A stretch of 64,000 bases of DNA, taken from positions 1-64,000 of the IMG/VR virus record IMGVR_UViG_3300027833_000013; one strand, given 5' to 3'. Source of the stretch: a virus. Positions 47,330 through 58,485 of this stretch are shown here, piece after piece. Both the position numbers and the translations under genes were made by a program. Numbering within the stretch: position 1 is the stretch's first letter; each line of letters begins with the position of its first letter. The notes beneath the pieces were generated by a model. It was not told the DNA's origin, ran no database searches, and saw only the letters and a list, made by a program, of their open reading frames with translations.

Positions 47330-47337
47330 TATTTATC
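47330..47337 (-). promoter_or_regulatory. Late promoter GATAAATA
   Basis: Intergenic motif. Confidence 0.7.
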
Positions 47338-47368
47338 AAAACCCTATGCTCCTCAATCTTTATTATAA

Positions 47369-50300
47369 TCATGCTCCGTTACCGCCTGCAAAGAATGCAT
47401 TTGTTAACATATCACCTTGTACTCCGTGAGCAACTCCTGGTTCGGTCGGATCACCTTGTATGTTCACTGGAACAAGAAAGTTAATTGCTCCGTTTAACGG
47501 TGTAAATATTTTATTACCTGATATACTGATGTTACCTGCATTTAATCTATTAACAGCTACATCAGAACCACCACTTGAAATACGTGACTTAACATATATT
47601 CCAATTGCTTTTTGTGTAGGCACAATGTTATTGGAGTTTGCTGTAAATGTACCATCTGTACTAAACTCTCTAATAACAGCACCTGTACCACCAAGTACAA
47701 CACCGCCTAGGCTCAACTCGTCTAATCCATTTAGATCAAAGAAACTTGCATTAATCGAAATAGTACCTGTCGACTGCTCAACTTCAAATAACTCACCAAC
47801 TCTAAAGTTACCATCCTGATCAGTACTTGTATAGAAAACACGACCACCATTAAATTGTAGCACTTCGTAATATTGTTGTGGTTCGTTTACTGCATTAAAT
47901 CCAAACAAATATAAACTTGGATACGCTGTATCGCCAAAGTTACCTGATCCAATATCTAAAAAGTCGTGTCCAGTAAGTCTAATTTGGCTATATTTTTCTC
48001 GCAACGTAAGTATTGTTCCATGTTCTGGCGATTCTTGTCTACCAATACCTGGGCTAATTTGAAACTTAGCTTCAATATTAGGAGCAGTGCCCGAGGAAGA
48101 TAATAATTTAACAATATAGTAAGTAACTCCGTCGATGCCAGCAATAGCAATATTATCTCCAGGTCCGGGCATTTTAGTTAAACTGCTCATAATCAAAGTA
48201 TCTGTTATTTGTAATTGTTCTGCAAATCCGTCTCCAAGTATAGTAGCAGTTGCACTAAAATATCCTGTGCCTCTGCTAGTATAAGTTGGCCATCCAAGTA
48301 CTCCATTATTAACTGATGCCCTTGTAGTTACATCTAATGTAGATTTGGGGTCAAATACTGTTATTGCTGGGAGAAACGCACTATCATAATAACTACCTGG
48401 GTTGCTTATAACAAATGATTGAATTCTATTACTTGCAACAATTGCTATTGCTTCTGCCTTTGCACCTGTTGCAATTCTAAGGAACTCATTTGAATCCTCA
48501 GCTACGCCTACCCATACACCATTATTTGCGGCAATACCTGTCCAGTCTTTAGCATCTGGTGATACTTTAGAAGTCCAACTATAACCATCTCTACTGTATG
48601 CAACAATGTCCGATAACGGATGTAGTGCTACAAACAATCCTTGATTATACGCAAGATCTCTCCATTTGCCTGTTTCCATAGATCCTGCAAACCAAGTAAT
48701 GCCATCATAGCTAACGGCTGTTGGGCATCTTGAACTATCGTCTTTTTCGCATACAGCAACAAATCTATCATTTCCGTATACTACTCTGTTCCATTCTTGA
48801 CTTGACGGAAGTGCAGTTTCAGTCCACGTAGACCCACTGTTTGTACTATACATAGCTTTATTTCCGCCACCTTGTATCATAACAAATGTTCCGCCACCGT
48901 ATGCAACACTAGCCCAGTCAGCCGTAACACTTACTGTTATAGTATTCCAAGAACTTCCGCTACTAGTTGATCGTGCAATTGAAGCTGTACCTGTGCTATC
49001 GCCTGTTCTGCCTACAGCAATCCAATTTGCTCCAGTCTCGTCGCCTTCTACATCGCTCCAGTCTAACGTAGCAGGTAATGTAGATGATGCCCAGGTTGTC
49101 CCATCTTGTGAATATAACGCTTTATTTCCATCTTCAGCTACGACAACATATTTGCCCCCAGCTGACCCAATAGCTTCCCACTGTCCTGATGTTGGGAATG
49201 TAAGCGGGCTCCAAGCCATTCCGTCTGTACTAATGGCCCCAGTTGCTGTATTTTTTGCTACTGTTACAAATCCTCCAGATGATCCGTATGCTACTGCACT
49301 CCACGGTTGCTCTGATGGAGCAGTTTGATTGGCAGCGGCAAATCCAGGCTCAGGAATAATTACCCTTGGTTCAATTACATAATACGAACTATCGTCTAGA
49401 GCTGTCACAATTGGCATACCTGTAACATGTTCCCATCCTGGTTCACCATTTGTTTCGTTTTCGCAAAGTACTTGTTTAATATCTTCTCTAAAGTTTTGGA
49501 TCTTTGCATATTGTCCTGCACCAGTTCCGGAAGATATACGTATACGCATCCCTTCATATAATGCAGAGGTTCCAGTATCAGCACCGGATAATATAATTTT
49601 AACTGCATCTCCCGATTGTGCTTTGTTCAACAAGTATTGATAATTTGCGCCACCAATAAAGTTTGAATCTTCTTCTGATGCAAATATTTCACTAATGCCA
49701 CCTTGTCTAAATTCAGTGTATGTTGGGTCTGCATTAATGCCTACACTTGTTAGTGTAACTGTAGCATTAGTATAATCCTGACCACAATGTGTGTACCCAA
49801 AGCCGTGTACTTCGTTTTGATCTGAATACACATTGTTAATAATAGCTTGGCTTGATCTGTTGTTTACCGAAGCAGTTGCCGGAACTTCTTCAACATTAAA
49901 TCCTTCAGCAACTGAGCCGTACAATCCGTACGAGTTGTTTCCGTTTAATGCACGTATTTTTCCGCCTGCAGTACACAAGTAACCAATATGACAATAATAA
50001 GTAAACACTGACACAAGCTCTGAAAGACCGTCGGCGTTAACCCAGTATCCAATCCCATCACTTAAAATTTGTGTAAAGTCGTTTGCAACCATTGACTTAT
50101 TGCCGCCGTTGTGCAATGCTCCGTCAATTTTCATTCCAATACAACCTGTGCCAAATGTAGTTACGTTTTGTACGTATGGTGATTTACTAGTAATCCATGC
50201 ATACTCGGCATCAGGGCCTGTAGCAGGATCTAATGAAACATATGCGCCTGCTGACGGGCGGCTGGTTAAATTATCATTAGGAGTACCTAGTGTACCAGAT

Positions 50301-52252
50301 AATCCTTGCAATGTCATATTGCGTAATCCAGACCCGTTGTGCATTAAAAACATGTTTGATGATTCATATCCCGTAGCCGGAAATATTGTAGTACTTCTTA
50401 ATTCGTCGCCTACTATAGCTGTATCTGCCGGAACAATAATCGGTAATACTTCGTTATAAGTGCCAGTTGCTATAAATATTGTTGCAGGAGCTCGGGCCGC
50501 GACATCACCTCTAATATATTGACATGCATAGTTAACTGAAGCATATGGAGTTGCCGCTGTCGAACCAAAGCCAACAGCATCAGTGCCGTCAGTTGACACA
50601 TAATAAACTTTTACAACTTCGTTTAACGATTCCCATTTAAGTGTAGATTCGTTATTTACTTTTATTACATGTCCTGCGTTACCTATACTAAGATTAACCG
50701 GACCTATTGTGCTACCATCTTCATTAGTATTAAAAGTACGAACATCACCTCTATATCTTAATGCGTTAGTTGCTGCCGGGGTTGAAGAGCCAAAGTATAT
50801 TTTCCAGTAATCAAATGCGCCTGTTTCTGCATCGGTATCAAATTTGGGTCTTGCTTCGAATATATTACTATAATGTTGTGTTTTACAAATATATGTATTA
50901 CTTTGATCCATAACAACATCACCTGGATAGTATTGTAAATATGTACTATCAGACGCATCATCGACTGTTTGCCAACCGCCGTATTCTCTCCATTCACCTT
51001 TCCATTGTATACCTGTTTGAAGTAGCAACCATTTTGTTAATCCAAATGTTTGACTGTTTTCGTCATCATTAATTGGATCTGAAATTAAGTCACCGGGTTC
51101 TACTAAATCACTTGAGATAATAACTTCTCTAGCTTCATAAAGATATGCACCTTTCCTTACAACGCTACCAACAGGATACGTTTGCGTTATATCCCAGTCG
51201 CCTTTCATTTTATAGCCTCTGGTTAATAATTCCCAGTCTGCATCTTCTACGTCTTGTAATACGCCGTTTTCATAAGGAAATACTCCGATATTAATTGTTA
51301 AAGAAGTATACGAATAGCCACCATATGTTGCAATATCGCCAGGTTGATAAACTACACCGGCATCCCATTCTGTTTCGTAGCCAAGTCCTGGTATCCATAA
51401 ATCCCAATCATCAACTGGATTAAAAGTACCAGAGCCACTCATGCCTCGTCTTGCTTTGTATAAACTAGAACCGTATTTTACAATATCATTAGTTTTATGA
51501 TACGATCCGGTCCACTCGCCTTTGTATTCAATGCCTTCGTGAACTAATTCCCATTTTGCTACTGAAGAATCTAAACCTAGCTCTGTGCCAATGCCTTCTG
51601 CAACTTGATCATTACTAGTGTGACCTATTGTACATCTATAAACATTACCGCCATATCTTACTATATCATCTTTGATATACCTAGATCCAACTGTCCAGTT
51701 ATTTTTCCAAAAGTCACTACGTTGCATTATTGTCCACTTAGACTGATCAGCTTCTAATCCTGCAATAGTAGATGCTGATTGATGATCTATTAAACATATA
51801 TAAACAATTCCGTTATATCGAATTGTATCATTTTTCTTGTATTCAGTAAATGCCGACCATAAATTTAACCAATTGTAACCTTTAGCAAAAGGTGTCCATT
51901 TATTTTGATCAGCTTCTAATCCCAATGCTACACTTGCTGAACTAGAATGACTGTCAATACAACTATATAAAATTCCTCTATATTTTATTAAGTCATTTAC
52001 TTTATAAAATGTAGATGGTAACCAATTACCTTTCCAGTCTTTGCCGTCAGCTACTTGTTCCCATTTAGGAGTCGATTCGCCTGCAACAAGAAAGTCTAAA
52101 TCGTTATTAAAGTCTGCAGATGCTGTGTGACTAATCAAAGAAACAAACGTTTTACCACCATATGAAACTATGTCATCTTTAATATACGCTGTACTTGCAA
52201 CCCATGGGCCTTTCCAATTATACCGTATTCTATCAATTCTAAATTCTGCCAT
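47369..52252 (-). CDS. Giant fibre/structural protein B2
   Basis: Same N-terminal Trp/Tyr repeats and shared C-terminus (LTGHDFLDIG.GNF...GGRVFYTSTDQDGNFRVG); also carries BNR/beta-propeller-like S.DG.TW repeats. Confidence 0.8.
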   Translation of the reverse strand: MAEFRIDRIRYNWKGPWVASTAYIKDDIVSYGGKTFVSLISHTASADFNNDLDFLVAGESTPKWEQVADGKDWKGNWLPSTFYKVNDLIKYRGILYSCIDSHSSSASVALGLEADQNKWTPFAKGYNWLNLWSAFTEYKKNDTIRYNGIVYICLIDHQSASTIAGLEADQSKWTIMQRSDFWKNNWTVGSRYIKDDIVRYGGNVYRCTIGHTSNDQVAEGIGTELGLDSSVAKWELVHEGIEYKGEWTGSYHKTNDIVKYGSSLYKARRGMSGSGTFNPVDDWDLWIPGLGYETEWDAGVVYQPGDIATYGGYSYTSLTINIGVFPYENGVLQDVEDADWELLTRGYKMKGDWDITQTYPVGSVVRKGAYLYEAREVIISSDLVEPGDLISDPINDDENSQTFGLTKWLLLQTGIQWKGEWREYGGWQTVDDASDSTYLQYYPGDVVMDQSNTYICKTQHYSNIFEARPKFDTDAETGAFDYWKIYFGSSTPAATNALRYRGDVRTFNTNEDGSTIGPVNLSIGNAGHVIKVNNESTLKWESLNEVVKVYYVSTDGTDAVGFGSTAATPYASVNYACQYIRGDVAARAPATIFIATGTYNEVLPIIVPADTAIVGDELRSTTIFPATGYESSNMFLMHNGSGLRNMTLQGLSGTLGTPNDNLTSRPSAGAYVSLDPATGPDAEYAWITSKSPYVQNVTTFGTGCIGMKIDGALHNGGNKSMVANDFTQILSDGIGYWVNADGLSELVSVFTYYCHIGYLCTAGGKIRALNGNNSYGLYGSVAEGFNVEEVPATASVNNRSSQAIINNVYSDQNEVHGFGYTHCGQDYTNATVTLTSVGINADPTYTEFRQGGISEIFASEEDSNFIGGANYQYLLNKAQSGDAVKIILSGADTGTSALYEGMRIRISSGTGAGQYAKIQNFREDIKQVLCENETNGEPGWEHVTGMPIVTALDDSSYYVIEPRVIIPEPGFAAANQTAPSEQPWSAVAYGSSGGFVTVAKNTATGAISTDGMAWSPLTFPTSGQWEAIGSAGGKYVVVAEDGNKALYSQDGTTWASSTLPATLDWSDVEGDETGANWIAVGRTGDSTGTASIARSTSSGSSWNTITVSVTADWASVAYGGGTFVMIQGGGNKAMYSTNSGSTWTETALPSSQEWNRVVYGNDRFVAVCEKDDSSRCPTAVSYDGITWFAGSMETGKWRDLAYNQGLFVALHPLSDIVAYSRDGYSWTSKVSPDAKDWTGIAANNGVWVGVAEDSNEFLRIATGAKAEAIAIVASNRIQSFVISNPGSYYDSAFLPAITVFDPKSTLDVTTRASVNNGVLGWPTYTSRGTGYFSATATILGDGFAEQLQITDTLIMSSLTKMPGPGDNIAIAGIDGVTYYIVKLLSSSGTAPNIEAKFQISPGIGRQESPEHGTILTLREKYSQIRLTGHDFLDIGSGNFGDTAYPSLYLFGFNAVNEPQQYYEVLQFNGGRVFYTSTDQDGNFRVGELFEVEQSTGTISINASFFDLNGLDELSLGGVVLGGTGAVIREFSTDGTFTANSNNIVPTQKAIGIYVKSRISSGGSDVAVNRLNAGNISISGNKIFTPLNGAINFLVPVNIQGDPTEPGVAHGVQGDMLTNAFFAGGNGA

Positions 52253-52267
52253 TTTTCTTCCTAATCT

Positions 52268-53002
52268 TTAAGTAAGTGTATTTATTTGGCCGCCCATGCC
52301 ACTATGATTTACACAATAATAATAAAGTGTTGGTGCGTTTACTGGAATTTGTATCTTAACATATGCGCCTTCAACTCCTGCTACGCCTAATATAGTAACT
52401 CCTGTAGTATATTCTACGCCGCCTGCGTGTATTCCGTTTGGCGTTGTTGAAAATCTAATTGGGTGTGTATTATTAGATGCATTTGCTTGACCAAATGTAT
52501 ATGTCTGTCCTTCAAATAAGTTAAGTGTAGGACTAACAATATCATTAAGATATAACTTGTTCCCTGTGCCGTATTCGTTAGTACCACTAGCAACTGTCAC
52601 TTTAAAGTGTGTGGGATTGTAGTCTGTAAGTCCATCTGTACTTACACCAGTAGGGTATGTATAAGGTCTATTAAATCTAACAACTAGTTCACCCTCGTCA
52701 TTAATATAATAATATAAATGTCTGTCGTCCCATCTTAATTGCTCATATTTTAAATTTTCATAAACATAATCGTGGTTTTGATCACGTCCTTCAAAAAAGT
52801 CAACGCCTTGCTCAAAATCATTATAGTTTTTTTCTGGGTCACCTGGAGTATTAATTTGAATAGTTACATCTGGATCCATTTGGTCTTCTTTTGTGAAAAA
52901 TAATTCACCATCGTCTGTTCTGCGCAATCCGTAAAAGAATCTACCGTCTAATCCATTTAGTACATTATCTGCACCGTTACCAAAATATGCTGAGTTTGAC
53001 AT
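52268..53002 (-). CDS. Structural protein with C-terminal cupredoxin-like domain
   Basis: HPIRFS...LYYYCVNHSGMGG (H...C-x2-H-x2-M). Confidence 0.6.
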   Translation of the reverse strand: MSNSAYFGNGADNVLNGLDGRFFYGLRRTDDGELFFTKEDQMDPDVTIQINTPGDPEKNYNDFEQGVDFFEGRDQNHDYVYENLKYEQLRWDDRHLYYYINDEGELVVRFNRPYTYPTGVSTDGLTDYNPTHFKVTVASGTNEYGTGNKLYLNDIVSPTLNLFEGQTYTFGQANASNNTHPIRFSTTPNGIHAGGVEYTTGVTILGVAGVEGAYVKIQIPVNAPTLYYYCVNHSGMGGQINTLT

Positions 53003-53012
53003 CTGCTACCCC

Positions 53013-53342
53013 TTATACTATATCTACGTAACTTATAATAGCATCACAACTATCATTTAAATTACTTTGTATTAGCAATGAATTGTTTGCAGGGATAATT
53101 AATTTTTCTCCCCCAAGCATTGCTTTAAAACTACTGTTCGGTGCTACCATTACGTCTTTCATAAAGTAGCCTTCTACACTTGTATCGTCTTTAACATAGA
53201 TATTTACATTTACTGCAAAGTCTGTTATGTTTGCAACGTTAATGCCTAGCACAGTTGCATTAGTTGATCCGTCACTTGCAAACACTTCGATCTTCTGTGT
53301 TCCAATACTCTTAATAATTTTATTTCTAAAAAATGTTGCCAT
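53013..53342 (-). CDS. Small virion structural protein (109 aa)
   Basis: MAT.F+N..., +G+N+AN, GGEKLI+; follows a gene ending in ...LALG. Confidence 0.6.
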   Translation of the reverse strand: MATFFRNKIIKSIGTQKIEVFASDGSTNATVLGINVANITDFAVNVNIYVKDDTSVEGYFMKDVMVAPNSSFKAMLGGEKLIIPANNSLLIQSNLNDSCDAIISYVDIV

Positions 53343-53346
53343 ATCT

Positions 53347-56300
53347 TTATCCTAATGCTAAAACGTATTCTAATGCTAATGCTTCAGCATCACTAAAACT
53401 AATGCCGCCGCTGGAACCTGCAACTGATACCCAGTTAGTTCCGTCAAATATTTCTACTCGAGCCGCTGTTGTATTATATCGTGTCATCCCAACTTCTGAA
53501 TCTGCAAGAAGTGGTCTTGCTCCATCAGCGCCGCTCGGAATAACAATTCCTTTTGTACCTGCAAACTTAAAATAACCATTACCTGTTGTTTCAAAAATAG
53601 TTCTAGAATTCGAAACAGTATTTGTAATAGTATTATCTTTAATACTAAAGTTATCTATTACAACACTACCAGTGCCGTTAGCAAGTAAGTTTAAGTCTGT
53701 ATTAGTACTTAGCGTTGTAATAGTACTGCCGCTAATTTCTATATCATCTACTTCTAATTTGTTTGTGTAAAACTTGGTTGCATCTAAACTAGCAGTGAGC
53801 GAGCCGCTATTATAAAATCTAATAATATTATCATTTGCACCTGGTGTATTTTCTGTTGTAATATACGTATCATTATCACTATCTTTTAAAGATGTGCTTA
53901 ACTCAACCCAGCTACCGTTGTACCCTTCAAACTTGTTAGTCGTTGTATTATAACGTGTCATACCAGTTACTGGGCTTGTATTTCTCTGTGCAGTAGTGCC
54001 TTTTGGTAGTATCATAGCATCAGTACTAGTAACTTGCATTATACCCGATGCCGGAGTTAATATCATGTCGCCGTCTGTACTTAAAACATTTGTATTAAAA
54101 CTAAAGTTTCCTGTAGTAACACTCCCTGTGCCATTTGCTCGTAATTCTAAATCACTGTTACTATCAGTTGTAGTAATAAAGTTGTCGTCTATTAATATAT
54201 CACCAGTAGTAAAACTACTTGCTGTAATTCTTCCTGTGCTATCTAATTCGTTAAGGGTTACTGTCCCAATAATTGTAAGATCATTTGAAATAACAACATT
54301 ATTATTTGGAATACTAATATTACCAGTGCCGTTAGCACGTAGCTCTAAATTACTATTACTAGCAGTAGTAGTAATGAAGTTATCGTCTATTCTAATATCT
54401 TCAAAGTTTGCAATACCAGTTACAGTTAATGTGCCGGTAATTAACGCATCGCCTGTATTAAATTGCCCACTAGTTTGTACATTTGAAAAGTTTGTAGTAC
54501 CATTAACAGTTAGGTTATTTGTAACAACAACATCGTTGTTTGGTATAAGAACATCTCCAGTACCGTTTGCTCGTAATTCTAAATTACTATTAGATTGCGT
54601 TGTTGTAATAATGTTATCATTAATTTCAATGTCTTCAAAGTCAACTTGACCTAATATAGTCATGGTATCGTTAACTACAATATTTTTTACCGTGACATCA
54701 CCAGCAGTTACAGAATCTAGTAATGTATTTCCACTTACTGTTAGATTATTGTCAATTACTACGTTACTTGATGAAACTCTAACAACACCTGCACCAACTG
54801 CTTCTAGTTCTAAATCACTATTAGTATCAGTTGTTCTTAATAAGTTTCCAGTAATTTGTATGTTTTCAAAAAACGCTTGCCCCAATATAGAAGTAGTACC
54901 AGTTACATTTAAGTTTCCACTTATTGTTGCTGTGTCACTAACGTTTAAGTTTTGTGGAGTAAACGCACCTAATACGTTTAAGTTCTGTTCAATAACTAAG
55001 TTATTACCCGGTAATCTAATAACACCTGTGCCATTGGCACGTAATTCTAAATCACTATTAGTATCAGTTGTACTAATAATGTTGTCGTCGATTTGTATGT
55101 TTTCAAATTGAAATGCACCAGCAACACTTAATGTATTAACAGATAAGCTGTTGGCTGTAATATTTCCACTTGCTGTAAGATTAGAAAGTGTTGTTGTTCC
55201 GGCAACACTTATATTACCAGTAACTTCTAAATCACTACTAGGTATAATAACATCACCTGTACCAGCAGTTCCTATTTCTAAATCGCTGTTTGTATCTGTT
55301 GTACTAATTGTATTATTTTGAATATTAATATTTTCAAAACTTGCTTGCCCGGCAATAGTTACGCCGCCGGATACATTTAAATCTCCTGCTACAGTAGTTG
55401 ATCCTACAGTTTGAGTTATGTTACCGGTCACTTGTAAATCGTCTTGTGCAACTACGTTTCCGGCAAAGGTTGCAGTTGAATCAAACTGTGTTGTTCCGCT
55501 AACTGTAAAGTTATTATTTGGAATTGACACTGTTCCCGAGCCATTTGCACTAAGTTCCAAATCGCTGTTAGATTCTGTTGTGCGTATTTTATTTCCGGTT
55601 ATTAAGATACCGTCAATATCTAATACGTTTGCATAGACATTATTCCACCGCTTAGTAATTGAACCTAAGTTATATACTGCATCTAAGTTTGGAATTAAGT
55701 TACTGTCGATGTCTCCAGTAAATTGTATACCATCAGTATCTGCATCACCGATAGTGATGTCTCCGCCAATTGTAACATTTCCTGTTACATCTAAGTTTCC
55801 TGTTATGCTAGTATTGTCAGCAAGCACTATACTTCCTGACACACTTGCTATTGTCATATCAGTAGTAAGTGTCTTTATTGTACTACCTTGGATTCTAAAG
55901 TCGCCAGTTTCAATCTTAGTACCATCAATAAAGGTTGTGTCCGAGCCTGTTTGGAACGTTAAACCGTTAGTAGTAATAACTTCTAAGTTTGCTGTATTAA
56001 ATTGAACTTGGCCTGTTTCTTGATCAACAAAAAATGCATCACCAACTCTAAAGTCACCCCTATGGTCAACACTAGTAAAGTTAACCTTAGCTGAGTTAGC
56101 TTCGACTACTTCATTAGCTTGTACAACTGTTGACTTATCATTATCAATAGCTTTGCCGTTGCCAATATATGCAAAGTTTTGTCCAACCAAATACATAATA
56201 ACACCAGGGCCGTCGCCGTATGCTCCGTATGTACCATACACGTTTGCACTGCCAATTGATCTAAGTTCTCCGCCAAAGTCTGTAACATCAAATAAGTCAA

Positions 56301-58476
56301 TATAGTTTGCAGTTGCTCCGCCACTAAATTCAATTTTTTGGGCAATCTTAACATCTTCAACAAAGATTGTTGTTGCATTGTCTCCGTTAAAGTGTGCTAA
56401 AAATACAGTGTCTGCATCGCCAACTAGTGCCGCTGTTGCAACTGTAAATCCACTATCTGAACTATATCTAGAACTTGAACTAATTCTTACATCGTCAATA
56501 TATCCGTCAACGCCTTGCTCGCCTGCAAATGTTGCGCCAAGTCTTACTGGCTTACTTGTTCCATAATTGTTATTATCAAGTATTGCAGTGCCTATCATAG
56601 CACCGTCTAAATATAATTTAGTAGTATTAAAGAATCTACTTACAGCAATATGATGCCATGTATTTGCTGATAATGTTCCGCCTGTTATACGAGTTACATC
56701 TGCTACGTTAAATTCAAGTGCAGTACCATTAACTAATAATGTTGGAGTAATATCTGTTGCCAATCCTGCACGTAAATCAAATACTGTTTTTATACCAGTA
56801 ACATTATCTAGTCTAATAAAACATTCTAAAGTAAAGTCGTCTGTGCCAAATCCAAAGTCATCATTTGCACTCATACTTACGTAATCGCCATCACCGTCTA
56901 ATAACAAACTAGCGTTGCCAAATTTCTCTTGTGCTTGGCTAAGTTGGGCATTGCCTACTGCACTTTGATTCTTTGAGGAGCGTTGTGTAACTTCTGCAAC
57001 ACCAGTAACCTTTCCGTTTATATAGAATTTTCCATCTGCATCCTTACTAGCAATAGTGCCGGTTCCTAACACAGTACTGCCGTCAACACTTTTTAAATTA
57101 AATGTTTCTGCGGCAGCAAATGATCCAGTTAATCCACTTACTCGTATAGCAGTTTGTCCTGCCCCTTTTAATCCAGTTGATCCATCAACTGCATATAATC
57201 CTTTTGATGCAAAATATGTAAAGCTATTAAGCCATTCAATTCGACTACCGTTTGTAATTGTGAGACTATCTACGCCAGGAGTAATAAATGTTACTGCATG
57301 GAATAAACACCCTGCTTCTTTACTAGTTGCATGAGCTAATGCTCCATCTAAGTATGCACCTTTGCCAGCATCTCCTTGATCAAACCCTCTTGGATCTCCT
57401 GCACTAGTTACACTACCTGCTGTTATTACACTTACATTTCTAATATACGGGCTTCTAGAAGTTACAATAATATTGGTTGCAAATTTAAATGCATAACCTT
57501 CGTTTGTACCGCTGTTAAAGAAAAAGTCTTTAACAGTTAACTCTTCAATAGTAACTTCGCCGTTAAGTAAAAATGCATCATTATTATTGGTGCCAGCTGT
57601 TGGTGTAATATTAACACTACGCATACTATGCCCTTGTACAGTTATTCCTGCAGGCACAGTTAATGGAAATATTTCTTCGTAGCTTCCTGGAAATATATGT
57701 ATAGTATCACCAGCCGAAGCCAGTGTTAATGCTTTTGTTATTGTTAATACTGAATTGTTTTGGTGTGCACCGGCATTAGAGTCATTACCGTTTTTAGAAA
57801 CATAAAATATATTGCCATGTATTGATGCTAAGTTAACTCCGCCTACATTTAATGAAGTACTATTGATATTAGTAGCATTAACTGTAGTTGCCCAAGTATT
57901 ATCCCACCGCTTTCCTGTACTACCTAAGTTGTATGTACTGTTTGCATCAGGAATAATATCACTAGCTAGTTCTGCATTAATAACAATGTTATCAGTGTCT
58001 GCATCACCTAATGTAATATTACCGTTTGCTGTAATATTACCTGTAGCATGCAAGTTACCAGTAACATTAGTGTTTGTTAATAACTCAATGGTACCAGTAC
58101 CATTGGCGTCTATTTCTAAATTGGCATTAGATTCGTTTGTAGAAATAGTATTCCCTACAAGTTCTAAACTGTCAACTACTAATCTATTTTGATAAAAAAC
58201 TTCATCAGCTGTACCTAATTGTACGTGGCCGTTTGGATTAGAAATGCCATTACCACTAAGTTGAATGTTTCCAACTGTTAGCGATCCAGTTGCTCGTAAA
58301 TTAGTAGCGTTAAGTGTTCCTGCTATATCTAAGTCGTACTGCGGTGATGTTGTATTAACACCGATGCGACTGTTGTTCACATCTAGATATAATAGATCCG
58401 TCTCAAATGCTAAGTCTACCCCGTTTCGAACGAGATTTGACTTTAAGAGCGGACCGGATATGCGACCTACAGCCAT
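53347..58476 (-). CDS. Giant fibre protein A1 (1709 aa)
   Basis: YVSKNGND beta-helix cap, LamG/ConA-like domain (DFT+E.F+..WHH+A+.R..GYIDD+RIS), repeated I.I.DN.I.TT..NS+LELRANGTG units, +P.GTTAQR...G..RYNT modules. Confidence 0.8.
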   Translation of the reverse strand: MAVGRISGPLLKSNLVRNGVDLAFETDLLYLDVNNSRIGVNTTSPQYDLDIAGTLNATNLRATGSLTVGNIQLSGNGISNPNGHVQLGTADEVFYQNRLVVDSLELVGNTISTNESNANLEIDANGTGTIELLTNTNVTGNLHATGNITANGNITLGDADTDNIVINAELASDIIPDANSTYNLGSTGKRWDNTWATTVNATNINSTSLNVGGVNLASIHGNIFYVSKNGNDSNAGAHQNNSVLTITKALTLASAGDTIHIFPGSYEEIFPLTVPAGITVQGHSMRSVNITPTAGTNNNDAFLLNGEVTIEELTVKDFFFNSGTNEGYAFKFATNIIVTSRSPYIRNVSVITAGSVTSAGDPRGFDQGDAGKGAYLDGALAHATSKEAGCLFHAVTFITPGVDSLTITNGSRIEWLNSFTYFASKGLYAVDGSTGLKGAGQTAIRVSGLTGSFAAAETFNLKSVDGSTVLGTGTIASKDADGKFYINGKVTGVAEVTQRSSKNQSAVGNAQLSQAQEKFGNASLLLDGDGDYVSMSANDDFGFGTDDFTLECFIRLDNVTGIKTVFDLRAGLATDITPTLLVNGTALEFNVADVTRITGGTLSANTWHHIAVSRFFNTTKLYLDGAMIGTAILDNNNYGTSKPVRLGATFAGEQGVDGYIDDVRISSSSRYSSDSGFTVATAALVGDADTVFLAHFNGDNATTIFVEDVKIAQKIEFSGGATANYIDLFDVTDFGGELRSIGSANVYGTYGAYGDGPGVIMYLVGQNFAYIGNGKAIDNDKSTVVQANEVVEANSAKVNFTSVDHRGDFRVGDAFFVDQETGQVQFNTANLEVITTNGLTFQTGSDTTFIDGTKIETGDFRIQGSTIKTLTTDMTIASVSGSIVLADNTSITGNLDVTGNVTIGGDITIGDADTDGIQFTGDIDSNLIPNLDAVYNLGSITKRWNNVYANVLDIDGILITGNKIRTTESNSDLELSANGSGTVSIPNNNFTVSGTTQFDSTATFAGNVVAQDDLQVTGNITQTVGSTTVAGDLNVSGGVTIAGQASFENINIQNNTISTTDTNSDLEIGTAGTGDVIIPSSDLEVTGNISVAGTTTLSNLTASGNITANSLSVNTLSVAGAFQFENIQIDDNIISTTDTNSDLELRANGTGVIRLPGNNLVIEQNLNVLGAFTPQNLNVSDTATISGNLNVTGTTSILGQAFFENIQITGNLLRTTDTNSDLELEAVGAGVVRVSSSNVVIDNNLTVSGNTLLDSVTAGDVTVKNIVVNDTMTILGQVDFEDIEINDNIITTTQSNSNLELRANGTGDVLIPNNDVVVTNNLTVNGTTNFSNVQTSGQFNTGDALITGTLTVTGIANFEDIRIDDNFITTTASNSNLELRANGTGNISIPNNNVVISNDLTIIGTVTLNELDSTGRITASSFTTGDILIDDNFITTTDSNSDLELRANGTGSVTTGNFSFNTNVLSTDGDMILTPASGIMQVTSTDAMILPKGTTAQRNTSPVTGMTRYNTTTNKFEGYNGSWVELSTSLKDSDNDTYITTENTPGANDNIIRFYNSGSLTASLDATKFYTNKLEVDDIEISGSTITTLSTNTDLNLLANGTGSVVIDNFSIKDNTITNTVSNSRTIFETTGNGYFKFAGTKGIVIPSGADGARPLLADSEVGMTRYNTTAARVEIFDGTNWVSVAGSSGGISFSDAEALALEYVLALG

Positions 58477-58485
58477 CTTTACTCC

